DNA of 64,000 nt from an uncultured delta proteobacterium (lineage in GTDB: Bacteria; Desulfobacterota; Desulfuromonadia; Desulfuromonadales; BM103): assembly GCA_963715335.1 (NCBI GenBank), contig CAVQRZ010000025.1:1-64000 (forward strand), read 5' to 3'. This document shows positions 21,589 to 30,648 of the stretch, one piece after another. The translations under genes and the position numbers were made by a program. The notes under the pieces were generated by a model that had not been told where the DNA came from, made no database searches, and saw only the letters and a list, made by a program, of their open reading frames with translations. The first letter of the stretch is position 1. Every line of letters starts with the position of its first letter.

Positions 21589-21667
21589 CCCCCATACAAT
21601 TCTCATGCCAACTCCCCATATTCAGCTTTACAGCTCTCGAGACCGAGTGCTATACTGAGCCACATCA

Positions 21668-22249
21668 ATGAGCTACTTCAGACCCCGTAATCTCCTCCTC
21701 GTCCTGGCCCTGGCCCTGGCGGTGGTCCTGCTTGCAGTGATTGCAATGCGGTATCGCCCGGAGAATAATCTGCGGACGATTGTCAAGGCCTTACCCGAGG
21801 GGATTGATGTCTCACTGCAGGATATAGACTATACTCATATCGAGGACGGTCGGGCTCGCTGGCGACTCGTGGCCCGGCAGGTTGAACGCCAGGCTAAATC
21901 AAGCACCCTGGTCGTCAGCGGCCCCCAGATGAGTTTTTATGACGAGCAGGGTGAAGTCCGGGGCTCTCTGCAGGCGCTCAGCGGGGAGGTTAGCGAGGAC
22001 TACCGGAAGGTTCTGTTGAACGATGAGGTTATCCTGAAAAACAGTTCGGGGTACACCTTGTTCGCTGATCGCCTCACCTATGATCACGATACGCAAACTG
22101 TGACTACAGACTCAGCGGTGCGACTCGAATCGAAAGGTTTGCGTCTGAAAGGGCGGGGGTTGGTTTTTCACATTCAGACTAAACTGCTCCAGTTGAATGA
22201 GCAGGTTGAAGGTGTTTTTGAACCCGGATCAACGGCGAGGATAGATTGA
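21668..22249 (+). CDS. lptC: LPS export protein LptC
   Basis: Single N-terminal TM helix plus beta-rich domain; located between kdsC and lptA. Confidence 0.85.
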   Translation: MSYFRPRNLLLVLALALAVVLLAVIAMRYRPENNLRTIVKALPEGIDVSLQDIDYTHIEDGRARWRLVARQVERQAKSSTLVVSGPQMSFYDEQGEVRGSLQALSGEVSEDYRKVLLNDEVILKNSSGYTLFADRLTYDHDTQTVTTDSAVRLESKGLRLKGRGLVFHIQTKLLQLNEQVEGVFEPGSTARID

Positions 22250-22743
22250 TGACGAAACTGATACTGAGCCTCTTTTTTGCTGTTGTGTTTCTCCTGCCGG
22301 TCTCGATTCCTGCAGCGCCTGCCGTTTCTTCGCAGGATCGCGGTCCAATTCACGTCACCTCCGATCGACTTGAGGCGGATGATGAAGCGCGAACCGTGAT
22401 TTTCTCAGGCAACGCCGTCGCGACTCAGGATGATGTGACGATTCACGGAGATCGCCTGACCATTAAGTACACCGGAGAAAAGCGCGAGATCGTGCAAATG
22501 ATTGCCGATGGGCACGTTCGTATTGTTCAGCAGGGAAAGCTCGCTACCGGGGATAAGGCGGTTTTTTACAAACAGGAAGAACGTGTTGTGATGACTGGAT
22601 CACCAAAAGTCACTGAAGGTGAAAGCTTTGTCGAAGGGCAGGAGATTACGCTGTACCTTAATGAAAAGCGCAGCGTCGTTTCCGGAGGTGCCGGAGGCAG
22701 AGTGAACGCTGTCTTTACCCCGAAGTCGGAGGGGAAGAAGTGA
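22246..22743 (+). CDS. lptA: LPS transport periplasmic protein LptA
   Basis: Signal peptide; [17 protein letters not shown] OstA-type motifs. Confidence 0.9.
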   Translation: MMTKLILSLFFAVVFLLPVSIPAAPAVSSQDRGPIHVTSDRLEADDEARTVIFSGNAVATQDDVTIHGDRLTIKYTGEKREIVQMIADGHVRIVQQGKLATGDKAVFYKQEERVVMTGSPKVTEGESFVEGQEITLYLNEKRSVVSGGAGGRVNAVFTPKSEGKK

Positions 22744-23465
22744 CCCACACGCTGAGTGCCCGCAACCTGACAAAAACTTATAAGCAACGCAAAGTGGTTT
22801 CCGGGGTTGACCTTGAAATCCACTCTGGTGAAGTCGTCGGCCTGCTTGGTCCAAACGGGGCTGGGAAAACCACTTCGTTTTACATGGTAGTGGGACTGGT
22901 TCGACCTGATCAGGGCAATGTGTGTCTGGATGAAGACGACCTGACCAGCCTGCCGATGTACCAGCGAGCCAGGATGGGGATCTCGTACCTGCCGCAGGAA
23001 GCCTCGGTCTTCAGGAGGTTAACCGTTGAGCAGAATCTGCTGGCAATTCTCGAAACAGTGGAGAAATCGAAAGCGGTTCAACAGCAGCGTAAAGATCAAT
23101 TGCTGGAAGATTTTCGCTTGACGCATGTTGCGAAATCATTCGGCTATGCTTTGTCCGGTGGTGAAAGACGTCGGATCGAGATTGCCAGGGCACTGGTCCT
23201 TGATCCAAAATTCATTCTTTTGGATGAACCCTTTGCCGGAATAGACCCGCTTGCGGTTCTGGATATCCAGGAGATCATCGGCAGCCTGAAGGAGCGACAG
23301 ATCGGCGTACTGATCTCCGACCATAACGTTCGCGAAACCCTGGGTGTATGTGATCGGGCCTACATCCTTAACGAGGGCTGTATCCTGGAGCATGGTGCAC
23401 CCGGTATGATAGCAGACAGCCCAAAAGCGAGAGCGATTTACCTGGGAGAGAAATTTCGTCTTTAG
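22740..23465 (+). CDS. lptB: LPS export ABC ATPase
   Basis: [44 protein letters not shown]. Confidence 0.97.
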   Translation: MTHTLSARNLTKTYKQRKVVSGVDLEIHSGEVVGLLGPNGAGKTTSFYMVVGLVRPDQGNVCLDEDDLTSLPMYQRARMGISYLPQEASVFRRLTVEQNLLAILETVEKSKAVQQQRKDQLLEDFRLTHVAKSFGYALSGGERRRIEIARALVLDPKFILLDEPFAGIDPLAVLDIQEIIGSLKERQIGVLISDHNVRETLGVCDRAYILNEGCILEHGAPGMIADSPKARAIYLGEKFRL

Positions 23466-23533
23466 TGTCCGGGTTGCGGCCGCTCTCAGGCCGGACTTGA
23501 CTTGCACAGGCATTTATTCGTTACGATGGTGAT

Positions 23534-24985
23534 ATGGCTTTAGAAATCAGACAACAGCTCAAACTCAGTCAGCAGCTCGTCATGACACCGCAGCTGCAGC
23601 AGGCGATCAAGCTGCTGCAACTGTCTCGCATGGAGCTGATGGATGTTGTAAGAACGGAGCTTGAGGAGAATCCCGTCCTGGAGGAGGGGCAGGAGGTCCC
23701 TGAGGAAAAGGCCCCGTCGGAAGAGGAACTAACCGCAGAGACTTTCGATGAGCCTGCTCCGGAAGCCCTCAAGGAGGTAGAGGGTGACCGGGATGGCATG
23801 TCGGATATCGATTGGAAGACTTATCTGGAGAGTTACAGCCTGGGTGGAACCACGGCCAACAGTTACGAGGACGATGAAGATCGTCCTTCCTATGAAAACC
23901 TCCTGACCAGAAAACCGTCACTGACAGATCACCTCATGTGGCAGCTTGGCCTTTCCCGACTGGAAAACCGGGAGAGGGAGATTGCCGCGGAAATCATTGG
24001 CAACATCGATGATGATGGCTACCTGCAGGTTTCGATAGAAGAACTGTCCGTACAGACCGGCTGTGATCCTGCCCAGGCCGAAAAAGTTCTCGCGGCAATT
24101 CAGGATTTTGACCCCTCCGGCGTTGCCAGCCGCAACCTCCAGGAATGCCTCCTCAAACAGGTTGAACAGCTGGGCATGACGGCGGACGTTGTCGGTATTA
24201 TCCTGCGTGATCACATCAATGATCTGGAAACCCGCCGTTACCAGGTCATCGCAAGAGCCCTACAGATTCCGCTTGATGATGTCTTCAGCGCAGCCAAGTT
24301 TATCAGCAGCCTTGATCCCCGCCCTGGCAGCCAGTTTGACCAGGAGGATGTGCATTACATAACCCCTGATATTTTCGTCCACAAGATCAGTGATGAATAT
24401 GTCGTGGTATTGAACGATGAGGGCTTGCCCAATCTGAGGATCAACTCGTTTTACCGCAGTGCCCTGTCTGGTGATGATCAGCTTGACGAAAAAGCCGGCG
24501 AATATATCCAGGAGAAGCTGCGTGGTGCGCTCTGGCTGATCAAGAGTATTCACCAGAGACAACGGACGATCTACCGGGTGACCAAGAGCATCGTCAAGTT
24601 CCAGCGGGATTTCTTCGACCGGGGCGTTGAGCATCTCAAGCCGTTGGTGCTGCGTGATGTCGCCGAGGATATCGAAATGCACGAATCGACCGTCAGCCGC
24701 GTGACGACCAACAAGTATGTCCAGACGCCGCAAGGCCTGTTCGAGTTGAAATACTTCTTTAACAGTGGCATCAACACGACGGGTGGCGATTCGGTTGCCT
24801 CTGAAAGCGTCAAGAGCAAGATCAAGGAGATCATTACGGCCGAGGATATGCGCAAACCTTTTTCAGACCAGAAGATTGTTGAAATACTCCGTGGCCAGGG
24901 GATTGATATTGCCCGGCGCACCGTGACCAAATATCGCGAGATGCTGGGAGTCGGCTCATCAACACAAAGGAAACGCTTGTTTTGA
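23534..24985 (+). CDS. rpoN: RNA polymerase sigma-54 factor
   Basis: QQLVMTPQLQQAIKLLQL region I, HESTVSR, ARRTVTKYR RpoN box. Confidence 0.99.
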   Translation: MALEIRQQLKLSQQLVMTPQLQQAIKLLQLSRMELMDVVRTELEENPVLEEGQEVPEEKAPSEEELTAETFDEPAPEALKEVEGDRDGMSDIDWKTYLESYSLGGTTANSYEDDEDRPSYENLLTRKPSLTDHLMWQLGLSRLENREREIAAEIIGNIDDDGYLQVSIEELSVQTGCDPAQAEKVLAAIQDFDPSGVASRNLQECLLKQVEQLGMTADVVGIILRDHINDLETRRYQVIARALQIPLDDVFSAAKFISSLDPRPGSQFDQEDVHYITPDIFVHKISDEYVVVLNDEGLPNLRINSFYRSALSGDDQLDEKAGEYIQEKLRGALWLIKSIHQRQRTIYRVTKSIVKFQRDFFDRGVEHLKPLVLRDVAEDIEMHESTVSRVTTNKYVQTPQGLFELKYFFNSGINTTGGDSVASESVKSKIKEIITAEDMRKPFSDQKIVEILRGQGIDIARRTVTKYREMLGVGSSTQRKRLF

Positions 24986-25070
24986 TCTTGCCATGGTTTT
25001 CTCCGCGCCAGCGGGTATAATTGAGACAGTCGATCTTTTTCATAACCATCAACCAGGAGGTGTGGAAACT

Positions 25071-25616
25071 ATGCGCGTTAATGTGACCTTTCGACATATG
25101 GAAACTAGTGAGCCGGTCCGCAATTATGTTGAAGAGAAACTGCCAAAGGTCAAAAAATATATTGATGAACCCGTTGAAGCCCAGGTGGTTTTATCGGTCG
25201 AAAAGAAGATCCGCCACAAGGCTGAAGTGACACTGACTGCCAAAGGGATTACTATAAAAGCCACCGAAGAGACTGCGGACATGTATGCCGCGATTGACGG
25301 AGTGCTGGACAAACTCGAACGTCAGCTCAAGCGTTACAAGGACAAGATCAAAAAGCACAAACCCCTCAGTGGCCGTGAGCGCCGGGTGAATGAGACGGTT
25401 TACACTGCAGAGAGTATCGATGAAGGGCTTGCCGAACCAAGTATCATCAAGACCGACAGCTTCCATGTGAAGCCGATGTCGGTTGACGAGGCCGTAATGC
25501 AGATGGACCTGCTGGAAAAAGAGTTCTTGGTCTTCACTGATTCGTCTTCCGAAGAGATTAATGTTGTATATCGACGTAAAGACGGTAATTATGGCTTGAT
25601 TGTTCCGCAGGCCTGA
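25071..25616 (+). CDS. hpf: Ribosome hibernation promoting factor (long HPF)
   Basis: TFRHME, DMYAAID, KPMSVDEAVMQM, VVYRRKDGNYGLI; AGGAGG RBS. Confidence 0.95.
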   Translation: MRVNVTFRHMETSEPVRNYVEEKLPKVKKYIDEPVEAQVVLSVEKKIRHKAEVTLTAKGITIKATEETADMYAAIDGVLDKLERQLKRYKDKIKKHKPLSGRERRVNETVYTAESIDEGLAEPSIIKTDSFHVKPMSVDEAVMQMDLLEKEFLVFTDSSSEEINVVYRRKDGNYGLIVPQA

Positions 25617-25627
25617 GGCTATCTTCT

Positions 25628-25656
25628 ACGGCAGACGTTGTTACGACGTCTGCCGT
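25628..25656. terminator. Intergenic hairpin after hpf
   Basis: ACGGCAGACGT-N7-ACGTCTGCCGT; no clear U-tract. Confidence 0.45.
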
Positions 25657-25692
25657 GGTTGTCAATTTTGAAGGGTGTGGGTTATTAGCAAG

Positions 25693-26154
25693 ATGAAAAT
25701 TTCGGAGTTGCTTGATCCTGCTGCAATCGTCGCAGAGTTGCATGGATCGGGAAAGAAAGAAGTCCTCGCGGAGCTCACTGATGCTCTGTTGAAAACCGAT
25801 CCGAGCCTGTCCCGAGACGATGTGCTGAGGGTCCTGATGGAACGTGAACGCCTCGGTTCAACAGGGATCGGTGATGGCGTGGCGATTCCGCACGGTAAGC
25901 TGAAAGACATTGAGCATCTCCTGATATCGTTCGGCCTGAGTCGCCATGGTGTCGATTTTGACTCCATGGACGGCAAGCCTGCGCACCTCTTTTTCCTCCT
26001 GGTTGCCCCGGAAGAGTCTGTTGGCGTGCATTTGAAGACCCTTGCCAGAATTTCCAAGCTGCTGAAAAGCACGGCGGTGCGTGAACGCCTGCAGTCAGCA
26101 GTCGATAGCACAGAAATCCACCGGATCATCGCCGAAGAAGAAGAGCACCTGTAA
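25693..26154 (+). CDS. ptsN: PTS IIA(Ntr)-like protein
   Basis: RERLGSTGIGDGVAIPHGK. Confidence 0.92.
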   Translation: MKISELLDPAAIVAELHGSGKKEVLAELTDALLKTDPSLSRDDVLRVLMERERLGSTGIGDGVAIPHGKLKDIEHLLISFGLSRHGVDFDSMDGKPAHLFFLLVAPEESVGVHLKTLARISKLLKSTAVRERLQSAVDSTEIHRIIAEEEEHL

Positions 26155-26165
26155 CGGTTGAATCT

Positions 26166-27149
26166 ATGCCCAGTCTGAGTATTTCAGAGCTGCTGTCCGA
26201 GACGGAAGCCGGGCTTGATCTGGAGCTGTTGGCCGGTGAGCGCGGCTTGAGCCGTGTTGTGCAGGTGCCGAGGATACAAAAGCCTGGACTGGCCCTGGCG
26301 GGTTACACCAAGAATCTGCATCCCGACCGTATCCAGGTCCTCGGTGATACGGAACTCAGTTATCTTGCCGAATTGCTTCAACGGGATCCGGCGAAAGCAG
26401 ATGAAAATATCAAGAATCTATGCTCTCTTGGTATCTGCTGTTTCATTATCACCAAGAGTCTAATCCCCCCCGAAAATCTGTTGTGTGAAGTGGGAAATTA
26501 CGACATCCCTCTGCTGCGCACCCATCACCAGAGTTCCACCTTGATATCGCTGTTGACCCAGTATCTGGAAGAGCGCCTGCTTGCCCAGACCAATGTCCAC
26601 GGCGTGCTTGTCGATATACTGGGAGTGGGGGTCCTGATACTTGGTAAAAGCGGGGTCGGCAAAAGTGAATGCGCTCTCGACCTGATCATTCGGGGACATC
26701 GTCTGGTTGCCGATGATATCATCAATGTGCGCTTGAAATTACCGGCGGTCCTGTTTGGCCAGGGCAATGATCTCCTGCATTATCACATGGAAATCCGCGG
26801 CCTGGGAATTATCAATATCAAGCACCTGTTTGGTGTCGCTGCGATCCGTGAGCGCAAGAAAATCGATCTGGTTATCGAACTCGTCGAATGGCAGGATGGC
26901 CATGAGTACGATCGGCTCGGGCTGGAGGAAAAGAGCCATGAATTGCTGGGGGTGAAGTTGCCTCTGCAAACCATACCAGTCCGCCAGGGGCGAAACATCA
27001 CGACCATTGTCGAAGTGGCGGCCCGTAACCAGTTACTCAAGGAAATGGGATATCACAGTGCTGTGGAGTTCGAGGAAAGGCTGGAACAGCGCATGGCTGA
27101 AACGGCCCGAATTCATGCCCGGTCAATTATCGGGGACAATCTGGAATGA
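26166..27149 (+). CDS. hprK: HPr kinase/phosphorylase
   Basis: QKPGLALAG, HGVLV, GKSGVGKSE, LVADD, EIRGLGII. Confidence 0.96.
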   Translation: MPSLSISELLSETEAGLDLELLAGERGLSRVVQVPRIQKPGLALAGYTKNLHPDRIQVLGDTELSYLAELLQRDPAKADENIKNLCSLGICCFIITKSLIPPENLLCEVGNYDIPLLRTHHQSSTLISLLTQYLEERLLAQTNVHGVLVDILGVGVLILGKSGVGKSECALDLIIRGHRLVADDIINVRLKLPAVLFGQGNDLLHYHMEIRGLGIINIKHLFGVAAIRERKKIDLVIELVEWQDGHEYDRLGLEEKSHELLGVKLPLQTIPVRQGRNITTIVEVAARNQLLKEMGYHSAVEFEERLEQRMAETARIHARSIIGDNLE

Positions 27150-28003
27150 AGCGACAGCTGGTTGTTATCACCGGCTTGTCCGGGTCCGGCAAAAGTACCG
27201 GGGCCCGTGCCCTGGAAGATGCCGGATTCTTTGTAATTGATAACCTCCCCCTGGTCATGTTACCTGATTTTCTTTCCTTGACCGGCCATGGTTACGAAAG
27301 GGTCGCCACAGTAGTTGACGCCAGGAGTTCAGATTTCCTGGGGGACTGTCACGACGTATTAGGGCGGATTAAGGAGCAGGGCCTTGCTGTTGAAGTCTTC
27401 TTCTTTGAGGCCTCGGACCACGATCTGGTCAAACGTTTTTCCGAGACACGCCGTCGTCACCCACTGGCCCAGAAGGAAGGGACCCTTGCCGCAATCGAAA
27501 AAGAGCGGCAAGTCATGTCGGGACTCCGCAAGCTGGCTACCGTCATTCTGGACTCTTCCGGCCTGACGGTACATCAACTGCGCCAACAGGTTCTTGGAGC
27601 GGTCCTTGGCGTGGAAGAGCAACATGGTCAGATGCAACTGCAGGTTCAGTCCTTCGGCTTCAAAAAAGGTTTGCCCGTGGGGGCGGACCTGGTTTTTGAT
27701 GTCCGCTTTCTGGACAATCCTCATTTTGTCGAGGGGCTACGACCTAAAACAGGACTCGATCCCGATGTCAGTAGTTTTGTCCTGAATCAGCCTGACTACC
27801 AGTCCTTTCTGGTTAAACTGAAGGCGCTGCTTTTTTTTCTCGTCCCACGCTACCGAGACGAGGGAAAAACCACCCTGACAATTGGCATCGGTTGTACCGG
27901 TGGCCGTCACCGGAGCGTTGCCATAGCAGAGGACCTTGCACCTTATCTGAAGGGCACCGGGTGTGTCGTGCAGGTTAATCACCGAGATGTTGACGGGGTA
28001 TAG
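27146..28003 (+). CDS. rapZ: RNase adapter RapZ
   Basis: ITGLSGSGKS, DNLP, RFSETRRRHPL, GCTGGRHRSV. Confidence 0.96.
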   Translation: MKRQLVVITGLSGSGKSTGARALEDAGFFVIDNLPLVMLPDFLSLTGHGYERVATVVDARSSDFLGDCHDVLGRIKEQGLAVEVFFFEASDHDLVKRFSETRRRHPLAQKEGTLAAIEKERQVMSGLRKLATVILDSSGLTVHQLRQQVLGAVLGVEEQHGQMQLQVQSFGFKKGLPVGADLVFDVRFLDNPHFVEGLRPKTGLDPDVSSFVLNQPDYQSFLVKLKALLFFLVPRYRDEGKTTLTIGIGCTGGRHRSVAIAEDLAPYLKGTGCVVQVNHRDVDGV

Positions 28004-28006
28004 ATT

Positions 28007-28408
28007 ATGATCGGTTTGGTTGTTGCGACACACGGAAACCTTGGCTCGGAACTGCTGATGTCCGCGCAGATGATTATAGGACCGGTGGTGAATGCCAAAG
28101 CAGTCAGCATCACCCATGACAGTTCGATGGAAACGATTCGGGATGCAATTGCAGAGGCGGTTGCCGAGGTTGGTAAAGATGACCACGGCGTGATTATCGT
28201 CACGGATATGTTCGGAGGTACGCCGGCGAATGTAAGTATGACATTCCTGGAACCACAAAGTGTCGAGGTCATGACGGGGATCAACCTGCCAATGATCCTG
28301 AAGTTTTTCAACAGCCAGGAAAACCTTGGTTTACACGAACTGGCCGCAATACTCAAATCGTATGGACAACAGAGCATTGCCCTGGCAAGTGAGTACCTGC
28401 AGCGTTAG
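28007..28408 (+). CDS. PTS mannose-family IIA
   Basis: VVATHG, TDMFGGTP, GINLPM. Confidence 0.92.
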   Translation: MIGLVVATHGNLGSELLMSAQMIIGPVVNAKAVSITHDSSMETIRDAIAEAVAEVGKDDHGVIIVTDMFGGTPANVSMTFLEPQSVEVMTGINLPMILKFFNSQENLGLHELAAILKSYGQQSIALASEYLQR

Positions 28409-28420
28409 GAGGGCCTGTTC

Positions 28421-28909
28421 ATGAGTATTGTACTGACGCGCATAGACAGTCGACTGGTTCATGGGCAGGTTCTCGAAGCCTGGGTCCCGTATGTGAATGC
28501 AGACTGTATCGTGGTTGCCAATAACGATGTCGCAGGGGCGTCCTTTCAGCGCATGGTTATGCAGGCGTCCGTGCCCAGTTCGATCAAGCTGATCATCGGC
28601 TCTCTTGAGGAAACGGCTTCAATCCTCAGATCCGCTGATCTGCTCAACAAACGTGTGCTGTTGCTCTTTGCCAATTCTGATGATGCCTTGAAGGTCAGGA
28701 AGCTCGGTGTCGAATATCCTAAGCTGAATCTTGGCAATATGCATTCCAGTGCCGGAAAAGATCGCTACACCTGTACGATCGCTCTTGATCAACAGGATAT
28801 CGAGGTGCTGCAGCAGGTTGAAGATCAGGGCGTCACGATAGTCTCTCAATGTGTCCCTGCCGATCGTGAGCAGAGCTGGCACAAGCTGATCAGGGTCGGG
28901 GGCCGATAA
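28421..28909 (+). CDS. PTS mannose-family IIB
   Basis: RIDSRLVHGQV, LNLGN. Confidence 0.92.
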   Translation: MSIVLTRIDSRLVHGQVLEAWVPYVNADCIVVANNDVAGASFQRMVMQASVPSSIKLIIGSLEETASILRSADLLNKRVLLLFANSDDALKVRKLGVEYPKLNLGNMHSSAGKDRYTCTIALDQQDIEVLQQVEDQGVTIVSQCVPADREQSWHKLIRVGGR

Positions 28910-29602
28910 ATGATCGCTGTCGACTATCTCCTGGCCGGAATGGTCTCCATGTTGACAGGGTTGGACCGGGTCGCGCTTGTCCAGTTCATGATCTCCCGCC
29001 CGCTGGTCGCCGGACCTTTAACCGGATGGGTTTTTGGCCAGCCATTGGTCGGCCTGGAGGTAGGCATGCTGCTCGAGTTGCTCTGGCTTGGCCGTCTGCC
29101 CGTGGGGGCGGCGATCCCGCCTGACGATACCCAGGTTGCGGTGGGTGCAACGGTCCTGGCAGCACATACCGGGCATTTTTTCGGGCTGGACGGCATGCCC
29201 CTGGTGCTCCTGTCGGTACTGATCGCTATCCCTCTGGGTAAATTCGGGCAGTTTTTCGACAAGTTGGCCCGTCATCTCAATGATCGCCTCGCCGTCGCCG
29301 GGTACAATGCACTGATGTGCGGCAATACGGCGAAGATGGAACGCTGCCACCTGTTCGGTTTGCTCAGCTTTGGCCTGGCGAGCCTGGCGACCGCGCTGGT
29401 TATCGTACTGATCGGCACTTGCGTGCTCTTTTTAGTCGCCCCTTCCCTGATCGGGGCCATCCAGAAAGCCGGCCTGAGCCTGCAATACAGCCTGATCCTG
29501 GTCGGGGCCGCGGCGTTGCTCGGGACGACCAACGTTAATCGCAACATTTTCCTGTTCTGCACGGCCTTTATAGGGACGCTCCTGGTTCTTTGGTTGGGAT
29601 GA
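28910..29602 (+). CDS. PTS mannose-family IIC
   Basis: QFMISRPLVAG, ELLWLG..PVGAAIPPD; hydrophobic. Confidence 0.88.
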   Translation: MIAVDYLLAGMVSMLTGLDRVALVQFMISRPLVAGPLTGWVFGQPLVGLEVGMLLELLWLGRLPVGAAIPPDDTQVAVGATVLAAHTGHFFGLDGMPLVLLSVLIAIPLGKFGQFFDKLARHLNDRLAVAGYNALMCGNTAKMERCHLFGLLSFGLASLATALVIVLIGTCVLFLVAPSLIGAIQKAGLSLQYSLILVGAAALLGTTNVNRNIFLFCTAFIGTLLVLWLG

Positions 29603-30361
29603 AGATTATGCATAGACCACGTCTGAACTGGCTGATATTTTTGCAAATGTACTTGCGATCGTTCCTGCTGCAGGCGAGCTGGAACTTTGAAAAATTGCAA
29701 AACCTCGGTTTCTACTACATGATCTTGCCGGGGCTGCGCAAGATCTATGGTGATGACGATCCCGGAAGATGTTCGTCGACGACATACGGACTACTTCAAT
29801 ACCCACCCGTATTTTGCCCCCCTGGTTGCCGGAACCACGTTGCGCCTGGAGGCAGGGAGCAGCGTTGGCGAGGAATCCTCCGTCGATGCTGGAACCTATA
29901 AAAATATGGTTATGGCGCCTTTTGCCGCAATGGGTGATGCACTCTTTTGGGGTGGAGCACGCCCATTGGCCGCCTTGATCGGTCTGTTGATTGCGAGTCA
30001 GGGCTCGCTCTGGGCGCCGGTGGTTTTTCTGCTGATCTTTAACCTCCCCCACCTGTTTTTTCGGGGCGCTGGCCTGGTCCTCGGGTATGTGCATGAACTA
30101 CGTGCAATCGAAACTGTCCAGAAATGTCGCCTGCCGGACCTGGCGATCCGGCTTAAGGAGTCAACGACAATCCTCATTGGTGTCCTCTGTGCCTATCTCT
30201 CCTTCAAAGGTTGTGAGCATCAGGACCTTTCTGTAGCCTGGGGGTTTGTTGTCTTGCCGATCGTGCTGATTTTTGCCTGGTTGGCCCATAAAAGGGTGAC
30301 CAGCCTGTTTCTTGTATTGTTGACGACGTCCAGCCTTTTGCTGCTGGCGCTACTGTTCTGA
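29599..30361 (+). CDS. PTS mannose-family IID, frameshifted near 29757
   Basis: RSFLLQASWNFEKLQNLGF...IYGDD in one frame continues as IPEDVRRRHTDYFNTHP...APFAAMGDALFW in the +1 frame. Confidence 0.85.
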
Positions 30362-30375
30362 ATAGAGGGTGTGAA

Positions 30376-30648
30376 ATGACGACGGAGAATGCTGAATTCA
30401 GGATTGTCAACCGTTTGGGTCTGCACGCCCGTGCCGCGGCACAACTTGTCCAGACGGCCAACCGGTTTCTGTCAGACGTGATGATCGAAAAAGACGGCAA
30501 TGAAGTTAACGGCAAAAGTATCATGGGGTTGCTGATGCTGGCCGCTCCACAGGGATCAACCATAAATGTATCAGTGTCCGGAGAGGACGCTGAAGAGGCG
30601 ATGAAAACTATCGGGACTCTGATCAATGACGGCTTCGGTGAAAATTGA
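30376..30648 (+). CDS. ptsH: Phosphocarrier protein HPr
   Basis: GLHARAA, NGKSIMGLLML. Confidence 0.96.
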   Translation: MTTENAEFRIVNRLGLHARAAAQLVQTANRFLSDVMIEKDGNEVNGKSIMGLLMLAAPQGSTINVSVSGEDAEEAMKTIGTLINDGFGEN

